64,000 bases of DNA, taken from assembly GCF_009914755.1 (NCBI RefSeq), contig NC_060936.1. The stretch is one strand, 5' to 3'. Shown here in pieces: positions 15,732-32,026 of the stretch. The first letter of the stretch is position 1. Each line of letters opens with the position of its first letter. Source of the stretch: the human T2T-CHM13v2.0 reference genome, Homo sapiens. The position numbers and the translations under genes are program-made. The notes under the pieces were generated by a model, which had not been told where the DNA came from, made no database searches, and saw only the letters and a program-made list of their open reading frames with translations.

Positions 15732-15971
15732 AGCCTGGGCAACACAGTGAGACTCTGTATCTACAAAATAAAAAAATTTTTTTTTTAATTACTCGGGTGT
15801 AGTAGTGCATGCCTGTGGTCCCAGCTACTTGGGAGGCTGAGGTGAGAGTGTTGCTTGAACTCAGGAAGTCAAGGCTGCAGTGAGTCATGTTTGTGCCACT
15901 GCACTCCAGCCCAGGTGACAGAGTAAGATTCTGTCTCAAAAAAAAAAAAAGAAAGAAAGAAAAGAAAAAAA
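15732..15971 (+). mobile_element. 5'-truncated AluJ-like
   Basis: End of the left arm, linker, right arm (AAGGCTGCAGTGAG) and A tail. Confidence 0.9.
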
Positions 15972-16461
15972 GCTTTTATGTCACAAATCTGATAATCAAC
16001 TTTGGCAAAAGTCGTCAACGATACTTAAACTAGTGGGTGAATCAGAGATCTACATAGTCCTACAGTATACTATCTCCCCAGAAAATACTTGCTAATTAAA
16101 AGGAGAAAAATAGAAACTTTGCAATGCAGAACACTTTCACTGAGTAATCAAAGTTAACATCACCAGTATTAAGACAAATCAAATTCGTGTGTCTCATGAT
16201 ACAATGCACTGAGAAGTAAGCAATATCACTTTTGTATTACAGTATTCCAGCCAAAAATGCATAACCCAAATCTAATCATAAGGAAACATCATGAAACCCA
16301 AACTGAGAAGCATTCTACAAAATAACTGGCCTGTATTCTTTTAAAATGTCAAGGACATGAGCAACTACTGCAGATTGAAGAATTAGTCCAGATAAAATGA
16401 GACTAAAGAAATATGACAACTAAGTACAGCATGTGATCCTAGACTGGGTACTGAACCCAGA

Positions 16462-16618
16462 TTTTTTTCTTCATTTTATTTTTAAGTTTTTTCTTTTTTA
16501 AAATTTCTATTTTAGGTATGAGGGTACATGTGAAGGTTTGTTACATAGATAAACACATGTCACGGAGGTTTGTTGTACATATGATTACATCACTCAGGTA
16601 TTAAGCTCAGTACCCAAT
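16462..16618 (-). mobile_element. Short L1PA 3' end
   Basis: T tract then GGGTACATGTGAAGGTTTGTTACATAG...AGTACCCAAT. Confidence 0.8.
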
Positions 16619-16692
16619 TTTTTCTTTTTTAATTTTTATTTCAAAATTTAAAACGACAGCTCCTCAAAACTCACTGTTTAAATATTTTTTTA

Positions 16693-17545
<853 letters not shown>

Positions 17546-17680
17546 CTTTCCACTACCTCAACTGATGTGACATCTAGTTCAAGTCACATCATCTCTAGCT
17601 TTAAGTATTATACTATCTTCCTACTTCTGTACTGTCCCCAGCCCCAACAGTGTAATCTCAAAATAGCAGCCAGAAGATTT

Positions 17681-18065
17681 ATTTTCTTTTTTTTCTTTTT
17701 TTTTATTATTATACTTTAAGTTCTGAGGTACATGTGCAGAACGTGCAGGTTTGTTACATAGGTATACACGTGCCATGGTGGTTTGCTGCACCCATCAGCC
17801 TATCATCTACATTAGATATTTCTTCTAATGCTATCCCTCCCCTAGCCCCCCACCCCCCAACAGGCCCCCACGTGTGATGTTCCCCTCCCTGTGTCCATGT
17901 GATCTCATTGTTCAACTCCCACTTATGAGTGAGAACATGCGCTGTTTGTTTTTCTGTTCTTGTGTTAGTTTGCTGAGAATGATGGTTTCCAGCTTCATCC
18001 ATGTCCCTGGAAAGGACATGAACTCATCGTTCTTATAGCTGCATAGTATTCCATGGTGTATATGT
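17681..18065 (-). mobile_element. 5'-truncated L1PA (L1PA7-like) 3' end
   Basis: Reverse L1 3'UTR; TSD GCCAGAAGATTT. Confidence 0.92.
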
Positions 18066-18485
18066 GCCAGAAGATTTTCTAAAGCATCAAGTTCTACATG
18101 AGTACTTACATGATCTGATCTGTCTTGCTTCGCCCACCCACCTATCTACCGACATCATCCCCTATCACTCTCCTTTACATTCCTCATGCTCAGCCACAGC
18201 ATCTCACTGCTTTTCCTCAAATACACCAAACACAATCTTTCCCTACGGATTTTGCACTTGCTCTTTCCTCTGCCTGCACTCTCTTTGCCCACATATCCAC
18301 ATAGATGGCTCTGTCACTTCCTTCAGATCTCTGCTCAGATGCCATCTTCTCATTAGGGGTTCTTTTGAAGAATTCTATGTAAAATAGCTAACTTTTCACC
18401 ACTACCATTGCTCCTTTTGCCCCTTCTTGATTTATTTCTCTGTAGTATTCCGCACCAACTAACATGCTATCTATTTACTTGTTTC

Positions 18486-18791
18486 TTTTTTTTTTTTTTT
18501 TTGAGACAGGGTTTCACTCTCGTTGCCCAGGCTGGAGTGCAATGGCACAATCTCAGCTCACTGCAACCTCCGCCTCCCGCCTCCCAGGTTCAAGCAATTC
18601 TCCTGCCTCAGCCTCCCAAGTAGCTGGGATTACAGGCATGCAGCACCACTCCCGGCTAATTTTGTATTTTTAGTAGAGACAGGGTTTCTCCATGTTGGTC
18701 AGGCTGGTCTTGAACTCCCAACCTTAGGTGGTCCGCCCACCTGTGCTTCCCAAAGTGCTGGGATTACAGGCATGAGCCACCGCGTCCGGCT
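18486..18791 (-). mobile_element. Alu (AluSp-like)
   Basis: Reverse dimer; TSD TTACTTGTTTCTTT. Confidence 0.95.
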
Positions 18792-21150
18792 CTTACTTGT
18801 TTCTTTATTGTTTTCTCTTACTATTACTGCAATATAGGCACCATAAGAGTAAAAACTTTGCTTTGTCCACTGCTGTATCTCCCAGCAACTAAAGCAGTAC
18901 CTGGCATATGAACATTTGATAAATTCTTTTTGATTAAATGCATTAATAAGTGCATTACCTTTAATCTTTTGTTTGACAAATTGATAAATGTTTTCTGACA
19001 TATTACAAGTAATTTTAAGCGAAAACCCTTTACATTTATTTTGTCTCATATTTGTATGTGCTGTGTTTTAACATGAGTGGTCATTGTCCATTACTTACTT
19101 CCCTCCCTCATCCCTCCTCCTATCAGTCCATTCATTTCTAAATGCGACAATGCTCCCTGATCCATATCCTTGTGCTATTCCAAAGTGTTATGCCATTTTC
19201 TCTACTTCATTTCTCAAGATTCGTGCTACCTGGGGAGGGAAAGAAGTGTCAGACGCACAGTGCTCAGAATGTACAGTAGGCATTTTTCTAGTAGTTTGGG
19301 AAGGAACCAACACTTAAAACATAGAAGAAAGGAGGAAAGAAAAGAACAATGGCTCTTCCTGGCAGCACTATTTTCTTAACCCTGATTCTCTGGTTACTCA
19401 GATAGCACATGGCATTTTATACCTGCTGCTTTTATAATGTCTTAGATTATCATGATGATTGAGAGGCATAATTTGATCACCTGCTGTCAATGGTCATGGA
19501 TGCATATTAGTTATCACAATGTATAACTGAATTAATAGAGCAGAAATTTGTCCCAAATAGCTGCACTGTTGTTTCATCCCCAGTCTCTGATTGCATGCTA
19601 CTGGTCATTGCTGGTACTTAACTAGCACAATATAAGCTTCTTGCTGTGATGCCATTTTCTCACCCAGTCTGGCTGAGGTAACCTAGTTGCTTACAGAAAG
19701 AAAACTGACTCAGGAGTTGCTAACATGCTTTGCTTCTTAAAGAATCGTTATAATATGATCTATGTGAGGGATGTGAGTTGAGTTGAAAACAACCAAAGAA
19801 CCAAAAATAGGAATAAATCCTGAGAAGGGGGATTTGAAAGCTTTTAGGGACATAAAAGAAGCAAATGTAAGAAATGACAGAGGGAAGATTTTGCTGCGCT
19901 TCCAACTGACAGTAGAGATAGAGGAAAGGAAAAGAGGAATACTAAATGGCAAAAGAGCTCACCGTCAGATAGTTATCTCCTCTGCATGGAATGAACAAGG
20001 TTGAAATTAAACAGATAGTATTTACAGAAATGACTTAACTGGTAGATATCTTTTAGATCAAACCTCACTACTGGTGAAGATGTAACACCAACTCATTTTC
20101 AGGTTTCCCCAACCTTGAGTAACCTCACCATATACCCCTCTGCTATGCTTCCTGACCTAAATACTGCAATTGTCACTGCTTCCTGAAGTGGGTCATAACA
20201 CTGCATATTCCAAGACTACAAAATGAGGTGTTAGGACCCAATAGATGATTGCCACAGGTCTTTTTAATCCTAAAAAAATATTTTACACAAAACACTTTAC
20301 ACTACCCTTGTACTCACAGATCACCCTGCAAGATATCAGACCCCTATCCAGAGTACCAGAAGGAAAGCTCACTACTTCTTCCCTTTGATTCTCTTCCCTC
20401 TTCCTACACAGACTTAATGAAGACATCTGCCTGACAATATTCAGCTTGTCAAATTAGACAAGAAACAGCCAAATCTGCCTTGTCATCTGTGTCCAAAAAA
20501 AAAAGAATCTAAAGATGTCAGAAATATATATGCTTTATCTTGCCCTCAGCCCATTCTTGCTAATTATAAAAAAGAACAATGGATGCTAAATGGTTTTACA
20601 CTTCTCTTAATTTTGATGTTCCCTTATGAAAAATGAATCTTTCTTACCACTGGAGCCCATGAACAGCGTGCACAAACTGGCTCTGATGGAGAGAAAAATT
20701 GCCTAAGAGTGGAGAGTAAAAATATGTGGCTTTTTCACTAGCTTGAATGCTTGAACCAATATGCAGAAAACCCTAGCTGCCAGAGAGAAAGATGGAAGTT
20801 GGACAGAGAAAAGGTAAAGCAGATGCTCTCAAAGGTTTGAAAAGCAATTCTAAGTTTCCACAAAACTAGAATTAGACCTGCAGATGACACATGTAAAATG
20901 CTGACACACCCATATCTGTTCCCCATGTTGCCTCTCTTGTCTTTTTCTCCCATTCAAATTTATTTCCTCTCCTCTCTCCTCCTTTTCTACATCTCAGCAC
21001 CACCCTATATGTAATATAAATGACAATGAAAAAAACAAAGAGACTATCTCTTATGCTCACTTCGGAATTCCTTGTTTGTGTATACTATTGTAAATTCTTG
21101 TTGGGCAGACATACTGTTATTTAAAATTATTTCCTTGATTATTTCCTCAA

Positions 21151-21420
21151 AGCCGGAGGCAGTGGCTGACACCTGTAATACCAGGATCTGAGGAATTGCT
21201 TGAGGCCAGGAGTTTAAACCCAGCCGAGGCAACATAGCAAAACCATCTGTACAAAAATCTTAAAGAAAAGAAAAATTAGCTGGGCTTGGTTGGTAGGCCG
21301 AAGGGGGAGGATGGTTTGAGCCCAGGAGTTTGAGGCCGCAGCAAGCCATGAAGGCACTACTGAACTCTAGCCTAAACAACAAACCAAGACATTGTCTCAA
21401 AAAAAAAAAAAAAAAAAAAA
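21151..21420 (+). mobile_element. Degenerate AluJ-like with internal deletions
   Basis: Both arms recognisable; long A tail. Confidence 0.85.
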
Positions 21421-21509
21421 CCAAATTATTCTTTCCTGTGATTTATAAAGTTCTCTTTAGACTCTCCTTCCCTACAATATTTCAACTGGTGAAAAAGTCA
21501 ACCAAAAAA

Positions 21510-22055
21510 TATTAGTTCCTTCATGGACGTTGGTCTTTACTGGTTGCCCAATCCATTCACCTTCCGCCAATTTCGTTCTGGGAAAATGCCCCTTCCCCAT
21601 TGCATGTGGTCGTGGCAAGGAAAGCAATTGCCCGTCTTTGGAAACCAAGTGTTCCAGATCCTTTTTCTGGTAGTCCCAAGGGTCAGTTGTGTGACTTAAC
21701 TCCAGCCAATCAGTTCTCTCTCTTCTGGGACTGTGAATATTGAGTGAATAATACAAGAATGAAGAAAACATTGTAGAGATGATTTCATTTCAGTGGCAAT
21801 AAAAGAGAAGAGGTGCGCTAACCAGACAAGTTTTGCCATGAGATGGTTCTGTTCTTCCTGCTTCCTGGTTTTCTAAATCCCCTTTTGCTCCTCTCTGTTC
21901 CCAAGCCTTGCCTTGCTGCCTGCTAGCCTGTTATCCCCACGTAAGCAAGCACCATATCCATCCCTTCCCCTACCACCAAGGTCCTAAATAAATGTACTTT
22001 GGTTTAAGCTAACGGTAGTCAGTTTCTGTTGATCACAATTAGGGTAACTGATAGA
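21510..22055 (+). mobile_element. Ancient ERVL-type LTR
   Basis: TGTGACTTAACTCCAGCCAATCAG and AATAAA...TTAAGCTA...AGTTTCTGTTG 3' motif; subfamily not resolved. Confidence 0.5.
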
Positions 22056-22831
22056 ATACTCTAGAGATGAAAGTGAAACTACAAAAGATCATTTGCAAAC
22101 TATTTTTTATTGCAACAAAAATGCTTGTGAAGGGAAAATTGGTAAGATTTTTGCTATGTGGAGAAATAGACAACACAATTTGTAATGAAACATATTTTAA
22201 ACAATTTTCCCTTTTAAATAATTTCAGTATGTCCTGGGAAAATGGAAGCCATCAAATTTTAAAAGAAAAATAGGCAGTTAATAATGTAAGGACTGTCCCT
22301 CCACTTTAGGACAGAGTTAGGGGGAAGGATATTAATAGAGAATACCAGAGATTTTAAATTTGACAGCGTGAAGCCTGAAAAATTCTAAAATTTATCTAGA
22401 TTAGGGAGAGTGCTGGATCAAAGATCGAATGACCAGAGTAATGGCAGTGGAGTGAGCAGATGTGACAAGAGGACGTGTCATGAATGGCCCCAATTAATAC
22501 TCTTGTTGACAGGCAGCTGAGTCATTAAATGACAGTGAACGAAAAACTGTAAATGAGTAGAGAGAACCCATGGGTAGGAGAAGACAACATAAGAAAACCA
22601 AATGATACACTTATAGCTTGATAATGGCTCCACTTAGTTAATGCTAGTTATTAATTTTTACTGATAAACTTCAGTATGTAAGTATCACTAACTTTATCAG
22701 GAAACTACTTTTCATATATACCTCTGCCATTTTAATTTTTTGATATGATAGGGAGAAAATGCAAAGATGAGGAATTCTGTGTTATAATGTACCATATCAT
22801 GGGCAACACAGAGCTTGGACTGAATGGGTGA

Positions 22832-22834
<3 letters not shown>

Positions 22835-22878
<44 letters not shown>
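22835..22878. repeat. (GT)22 microsatellite
   Basis: Direct reading. Confidence 0.95.
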
Positions 22879-22879
<1 letters not shown>

Positions 22880-23383
22880 GAGCATAAGTATACAGAAAAG
22901 CAAGAAGAATGAATGGAAATCTAAGCTTGAATTGCCTGAATCAAGATTCATGCTGGAGAGAAATGAAAACCAACATAAAGATTGTCATTGAGGCTATAAG
23001 AAATGATGCATGCTTAAGGAGTACTGGGAATAGAAAAAAAATAGCAGAATTCTGACACAAGAGTTCTGAGAGACAAACACATTAAAGAGAAAGAAGAAGC
23101 AGCAAAAAGAATATGAGGGAAACTGGCTGAAGAAGTATCAAGGGAACTAAGAAAATACACTATTCAAGAGAGAGAGATTCAAGGGAAATGCTGCACACAT
23201 CAAAGAAACTGCTGATAAAGAAAGGGCCTCCAGATTGGGTTCTGCATAAATGCATTATTATAGCATTAGCAACAATTTTCTGATTTTTAATTAAAACACA
23301 TGTATTACTAAATTTAGTAATATACTAAAAAGCATTTGGAATATACCAAAGATCTATTTTGACATTTTACCACAATATAATTA

Positions 23384-23841
<458 letters not shown>

Positions 23842-23869
23842 TTATGATTTGTTTTGTTACTCTACATGG

Positions 23870-24020
23870 CAAGAAAGCTACTTTGGAATCAAGCAAGCTT
23901 GTTTGAGCTCAGATCAGCTGCTTTCTAGGTGTGTGATCTCACAGTTATTTAATTTCTTCAAGCCTCCGTACCCTCATCTATAAAATGGAGCAAATAATAT
24001 CTACTTCAGTGAGGGTTGCC
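23870..24020 (+). mobile_element. MIR
   Basis: Core GTGTGATC...AGCCTC...CCTCATCTATAAAATGG. Confidence 0.65.
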
Positions 24021-24127
24021 TTCCTTAGTGTTCTTAATTATGGCTGATTATATATAAAGTGTTTGATATTGGAGTTATTTTTTAATGCCTGTACCTATCT
24101 GGTAAGATTTCAGAAGCTCCAACTTAC

Positions 24128-24452
<325 letters not shown>

Positions 24453-24989
24453 TTACTTGCCTTCTTTCCTTGTCACCATCAGCATCAACGCCTCCATTCC
24501 ATACTTAGATTGAAATCCAAACTTCCCACTTTAGATTAAATCCTTTGGCTAAAGAATGTCCTGGTTTAAAAGATTAAAAATACTGAAAGATAACACATTA
24601 GGCTTGTCAGTCTGCCCCAATGGATAAGTTTATTTAATTTTTGATTGAGAGTGTATTTTAATGGGGGTAAAAAGTCATTGAAAGTCCTGAATCCGTTTGG
24701 AATAGTAGTGTAAGTGTATCATCCTGAGAAGGAAAACAGGGCAAAATGGGGAACCTGGAAGCACAGAAACAAACTTTATCTTCTTTATGGATATCTCCCA
24801 GGATCTAACTTAGTTTAGAAAGTGTTATTTCAGGCAGGGTGGAGAGAGAAAAAAAAAAGATCTGTTCAATATTCAACAGTTATGACTTTCTAAAGTGCCA
24901 TGAGGGTAAAATATAAAAGCTTTTATTAAAATTCAAGCATTCATAATACATTTTTATTTATAGATAGCCTTTATTCCCAAAGCTCTTGG

Positions 24990-25175
24990 GACTTTGCAGA
25001 CACGTTACAATTCAACCTCAATTTATCTTCACAAGTATGTCACTAAAGTGTGTAAGGAGTAGGTATAACTCTATTATCTTCAGATTACAGATATAGAAAT
25101 GAAAGCAGAGACAGATAAAGTAATTTATCTATGGCCTCACTACACGTAAGTGGTTGAGCAGGGAACAAAGCCAGT
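24990..25175 (-). mobile_element. MIR
   Basis: Reverse core ATTATC...TTACAGATATAGAAATGAAAGCAGAGA...AAGTAATTT. Confidence 0.55.
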
Positions 25176-26566
25176 CATGTAATAGATACCTCTCCTGTCA
25201 GATAAGGACATCAGCATCCCATCCCAGCTAGGACCTGCCTTTTTCTGAATCCTTAGTACCAACAAATAGAAGGCTGGGAAGATGGAAGGTCCTATTCAGA
25301 GAAATAGAAATTAACAGTTCAGTCTCTGACAAATCATTGCTGATATGGTTGCTGTGGATTTGAGGCTGTGAGGTGAGCCAGAAGTTGAGGCTAGTCTAAA
25401 GGGCAGAGCAGTTTCCGGCCATTAGATGAACATCTGTGTGCCCTAAAGCCTGCTCTCCTGCACCTCCCACCATTCCTGCCTTTAGCCAGCTTCAAGCCCA
25501 GAGTGGCCGAGCAAGTCACACTGCAACTTCGGCTCAGCTGAATGGGTCCTGAACCCTAACCTAGCCCACCCACCAAATCAGCATTGCACTGCAGCCACTG
25601 TCTGTCTCTGAGGTAAAACTGGAGCATACATCACTCTGACACTGAGCCAAATTCTGAGGCAAGACTTTCACTTTGTTTTTCCACCAGTTATTTTCTTTCA
25701 AAGGTCATTGTTCAGAAGAAAATAAAGGAGAGCTGGCATGAATATTTTCAGGAAAGGATAATAAACGAGCACTCATTCATTATTTTTGTTTATAAAAATC
25801 TACTTTCCTTTCTTGAGAAAAATGAAATAAGATGGTAGAATAATTACTAAAATTGGATGTTTAACAATAAATGGTTAAGATCACTTATCTTAGGTAAAGA
25901 TATGTAAAGATGTATAAAGCCTTAAGCCAAAGTTATTGCTTACGATTGTGACAAACTTGAATTTAGGTGAAAAAAAACTGGATTCAAAAATGTATGGTTG
26001 GCTTAGATACAAACTTCTCACTGTGATGCTTGAAGCAAACCAAAATAAAGCCCTCCCTCTATTTTCATAGTCTCCTTTTTTCTATTCCCCAAAGTAGACC
26101 TCTCAATATAATTAAATCGTATTATTTCCTCTTCCAAAATATGTTTTACATTTTCTTTTATCTTTGTTAGAATGTTGCTACTGCTTAAAATGTACTTCCC
26201 TTCCATTCCAATTAATAATGATAAAAGATTTTATTCATCAGGAAGTTGTAACAACTCTAAATTTATATGTGTCTAATGCTATGACCTCAAAAAGAGTAGT
26301 TCATTTCAGGACTATAAAAAGAAATTTGTGAATCCACAATAAAAGAGGCAGATTTTTAACACAACTCTTACTAACCAATAGAATAAAAAGACAAAAAATC
26401 AGTAAGGATGTAGAAGATTTGAATAACAGCATAGCAAACTTGTTCTTTTCTGCTACACACAGAATATAGTATTTATTAAAACTGGGTTCTCAAGAAGCTA
26501 AAAAAAGAAAAGGAAATTAAACCACAAATGTAAACTAAGGAAATATTAAAGCTAAGAGCAGAAACT

Positions 26567-26716
26567 GGGTTCTGTCACATATCCTTGTGTTTTGGTTGTT
26601 GTTGTTCTGTTTTTAATAACTCTTTCAAAATATAAAAACCGTTCTTAGCTCACTGGCCCAAACAAAAACAGGCCATGGGCCAGGTTGACCTGAGAACTAT
26701 AGTTTGCCCACTCCTG
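26567..26716 (+). mobile_element. MER58-like (hAT-Charlie) fragment
   Basis: AAAAACCGTTCTTAGCTCACTGGCC...AAAAACAGGCC...TAGTTTGCCCACTCCTG. Confidence 0.7.
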
Positions 26717-26761
26717 CTTTAGATCATACAGACATTAAAATGATCATAACAAGATATTACA

Positions 26762-26891
26762 GGCCGGACACAGTGGCTCATGCCTGTAATCCCAGCACTT
26801 TGGGAGGCCAAGGCAGGAGGATTACTTCAACACAAGAGTTCAAGACCAGCCTGGGCAGCATAGTGAGACTCATCTCTACAAAAGAAAAAAG
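26762..26891 (+). mobile_element. FLAM_C / Alu left monomer
   Basis: Single left arm followed by an A-rich tail. Confidence 0.88.
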
Positions 26892-26944
26892 AATATATTA
26901 TTTTTAAAATTTCATGTCAATAAATTTTAAAATTTAGATGACAT

Positions 26945-27249
<305 letters not shown>

Positions 27250-29999
27250 TTAGATGACATGGACAAAGCACAAGCTACCAAAACTAAGACAAGAATAAAA
27301 AGTCTAAATGGCCTGTTAAAGATACTGGATTCTCAATTTAATTCCTTCCCACAGAGAAAATGACAGGCCCAGATGGTTTGCTGGTAAATGCTACCAAACG
27401 TTTAAACAGACTTTTCTAGAGAACAGCAAATGAGGCACTATTTCTCTTTATTTTTGAAGTTATTATGTTAATGTTGATATCAAACCATGACAAAAATGCT
27501 TCAAGAAAGAAAAAGTCTGAGTCAGTATCACTCAGAGCACAAATTGAAAAAATCCTAAACAAAATTCTAACATCAAATTTAGCAAAATATAAAAATCTGA
27601 GTTCATTCCAAGAGTGCAAGATTGGTCAAAGATTTAAAAATCAGTCAGTTCAATTTATCACATTAGTGGAAAAGAGAAAATTCATATGATCATTTAAATA
27701 AATAAAGAAAATACTGTGATAAAATTCAAAATCTATTCATTATAAAAATTCTCATCAAACTAGGAATACAAGGTAATCTTCTTATTTTGTTAAAGAGTAC
27801 GAAAAGGAAAGATACAGCAAGCATTATTCTTAGCGGTGAAACGGTGTAAGCTTTCTACTGAGATCTGGAAAAAGATGGGTATGTCTGTCGTTACCACTTC
27901 CTTTCAACATTGGAAGAAGGTAGCCACCAGTACAGAAAGGGAGCCCAGCTAATACAGAAAAACAAAAGGGAAAGAAAATGAGGAATGGGAAATGGGGGGA
28001 AAGACTGGAAAGAAAGAAATAAGAAATAAAACCCAGATGATATGTGCATGTGTTCATAGAAGTGTCAAAAGAATGACAGAAAATTAGCATTAACAAGACA
28101 GTTCATCAAAATTGCTACACAAGTAAATAAATGCATTCCTTTTCCTACTTCAGGTCAGGAAGAATATTCTCCTGTTATGTTCTAGAAGCTCCAGAGGCTC
28201 CTAAATATATTACTTTATGGCAACAATAAACAGAAAATAAAATTTTTAAATGATACTATTTATTATAAACCAAAAATGTTAAATTATTAAATATTAAATC
28301 TAACAAAAGACATATAAGACCTCTATACAGAAAACTATGAAACATTGAAAGACCTTAAAGACTAAAACAAAAGGAGAGACACACCATGTTCATGAGTTTG
28401 AAGACTCAATAATGTAATGTCAATTTTCTTCAAACTGCTGTATAGAGTCAGTACAATCCCAGCTAAAATCTTAACCCATTTTTAAATTTGTTTTATATAT
28501 GTGTGTTTACATATATTATGTGTGTGTTTATATTTATGTGTTTGTGTATTTGTCTTGTTGTTGTTTTCATGGAATTGGAAAAGCTGGTCCTAAAATGAAA
28601 ATGCATCAAAATGCAATTGGACCAGTCCGGTACCAAAATGGAAATATATGGAAATGCAATAGACTCAGAATAGTGAGGATACTCTCGAAGAAGAACATGA
28701 TGCGAGGACTTACTCTACAGGACATTGATACACCCTACATGTAAAAATAATTAACACAATATGGTATTGATTAAAGGACAGACAATAAAACAATGAAATG
28801 AAAACAAAATTCCAGAAATAGACCTGTTCATATCTAGATCCTGAATTACAATTAACATGGCACTTCAGAATAGCAGGGAAAGCATAACTTTACAATAAAT
28901 GTTGCTGACAACATTGGAAATCCCCATAGGTGAAAAAAAAAATGGACTCTAAACTTAATCACATGCCATTCAGAGAAAACAATGCCAGAGAGATTGCAAA
29001 TTTAAGTGTGAAAAAACAAAATTCTGAAGCTTCTAGAAGATGTTAGTAGAATTTCTTCATGACCTAGATAGAATTGGAAAAGACTTCATAAACAGGGCAC
29101 CAAAAGCAAAATCATAAAAAGAAAGACTAATTAAAGTTACTATATCAAGTTTATTGAGACATCAATAAGAGAGTAAAAAGTAAGCCATGAGTAGGAGACA
29201 ATATTTTTAATATACATAAACAATTCTACAAACCAATAATAATAAAGGTGAACAACCAAATGGAAAAATGTGCAAGAGATTTGAACAGCCAACTCACAAA
29301 AGATGATATCCAAATAGTCAATGAATGTATGAACATGTGAAAGGTACTGAACTCATTGGTTAATGTAAACTCAGGGAAAATGTAAACTAAAAGTAGATAA
29401 AGTACCACTACAAACCCATCAGTGTGGCCAAAACTTAAGACTGAAAATACCAATCATTGAGGCATTCACTATTGTTTAGCATATAAAATTAATGCAATCT
29501 GCTTAGCAGAGTCTGGCAGTGTCTAAGGATTGAATACAAGCACACTGTAGATCTAGCACTTCCCCTCCTAGGAACAGATATAACAGAAATGTGTACATAT
29601 GTGCACCAAGCGCCATGTAGAAGCACGTTCTTAGCGGTATTATTTGTTTTTGCCTCAAACTAAAAATACCCAAATGCCCATTAACAGTAAAATTGATAAA
29701 TGAATTGTAGCTGTAATTCTATAATGGAAGATTAAAAAATACTGAAAAATAAAAATTACAGTTAAAATAAAATCCTGAGTAAATTTCACAAATATGATGA
29801 GCAAAAGAAACCAGCCATGAAAGCATTTATATTGTGTAATTTCTCACTATATAATTCAAAACAGACAAAACTAAACTATAGAGTTTAGCAACACATGCCT
29901 AGAGATAAATCTATAAAGCAAGCCAGAAGATGATTACAATAACAGCCAAGGGAAGATGAAGGGAACGTAAGTTGGATTTCTGGGGTGCTGGCAGGATTT

Positions 30000-30737
<738 letters not shown>

Positions 30738-30790
30738 GATTTTATTTCTTGATCTGGGTGGTGGTTACATGCCTTATGATAAATTATTAG

Positions 30791-31118
<328 letters not shown>

Positions 31119-31732
31119 TGTATATGTTTTAATTGCAAAATTTAAAAGCTTTTTTAAAAACCTTCAACATGAACCTGTTGGTGGTATCCAGTGATACTGC
31201 TACTTGCGGCAAATGGCCTGTTAAATTCAGTCCTGGCCTTTGCATTGTGCTTTCAGTAACCATATATGAAAGCCCAACACAGCAATTCTTACTGAAGCTA
31301 TCATCTCACTATTTAAATGAAAGACTTTAGAATTTTTCTTTTTATGCAAAATGAATTGTAAGGATTTTCAGAAGAGAAAGAACAGCAAACATCTCAAACC
31401 ACATGTAGTTTTAATTAAAACTCTCCTAGTAGAAAAAAAAAACGTTATCATCAGCTGCTGTATGCACCCTCTAGGACCTCCATAGGAGTGCTCTGCTTTC
31501 CTTAGGAGAACTGTCAATATGCACACACACTTGAAACAGATGAGAGACTTAGCAGCAAAGATCCTCACCCTGTGTGGTAGCCCATCACAGGAAGGGGCAA
31601 TGGAGCCCAGTGAGTTCTCTCTTCACCATGGAGCTGCCTGCCACCCAAGACAGGCATTTAACGTGTTGGCTCTGGCAACCCTCACTTCCCTTGTCATTCC
31701 AATTAAGCTATTAAAATCAATGCAGAAGTCTT

Positions 31733-32026
31733 AGCTACTTGGGAGGCTGAGGAGGAAGAAGCATTTAGCCCAGGAGTTCAAGACCATCCTGGGCAACTTA
31801 GAGAGGCCCTGTCTCTACAAAAAGAAAAAAAAAAGGGGGTTTTTTTTAATTAGCCAGGAGTGATGATAAATTATTAGGCCACTACAGGCCTGTAGTCTGA
31901 GCTACTGGAGAGGCTGAGGCAGGAGGATCACTTGAGCCCAGGAGTTTGCTGCAGTAAGCTTTGATAGTGCCACTGCACTCCAGTCTGGGTGACAGGGTAA
32001 GATGCAGTCATTAAATAAATAAATAA
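31733..32026 (+). mobile_element. 5'-truncated AluJ-like carrying a non-Alu insert at about 31863-31888
   Basis: Both arms present; TAAA tail. Confidence 0.88.

Larger units (their letters stand above)
17550..18950 (+). mobile_element. L2 fragment hosting an L1PA and an Alu
   Basis: Pyrimidine-rich L2-like body; 3' end CACTGCTGTATCTCCCAGC...CCTGGCATA. Confidence 0.6.
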
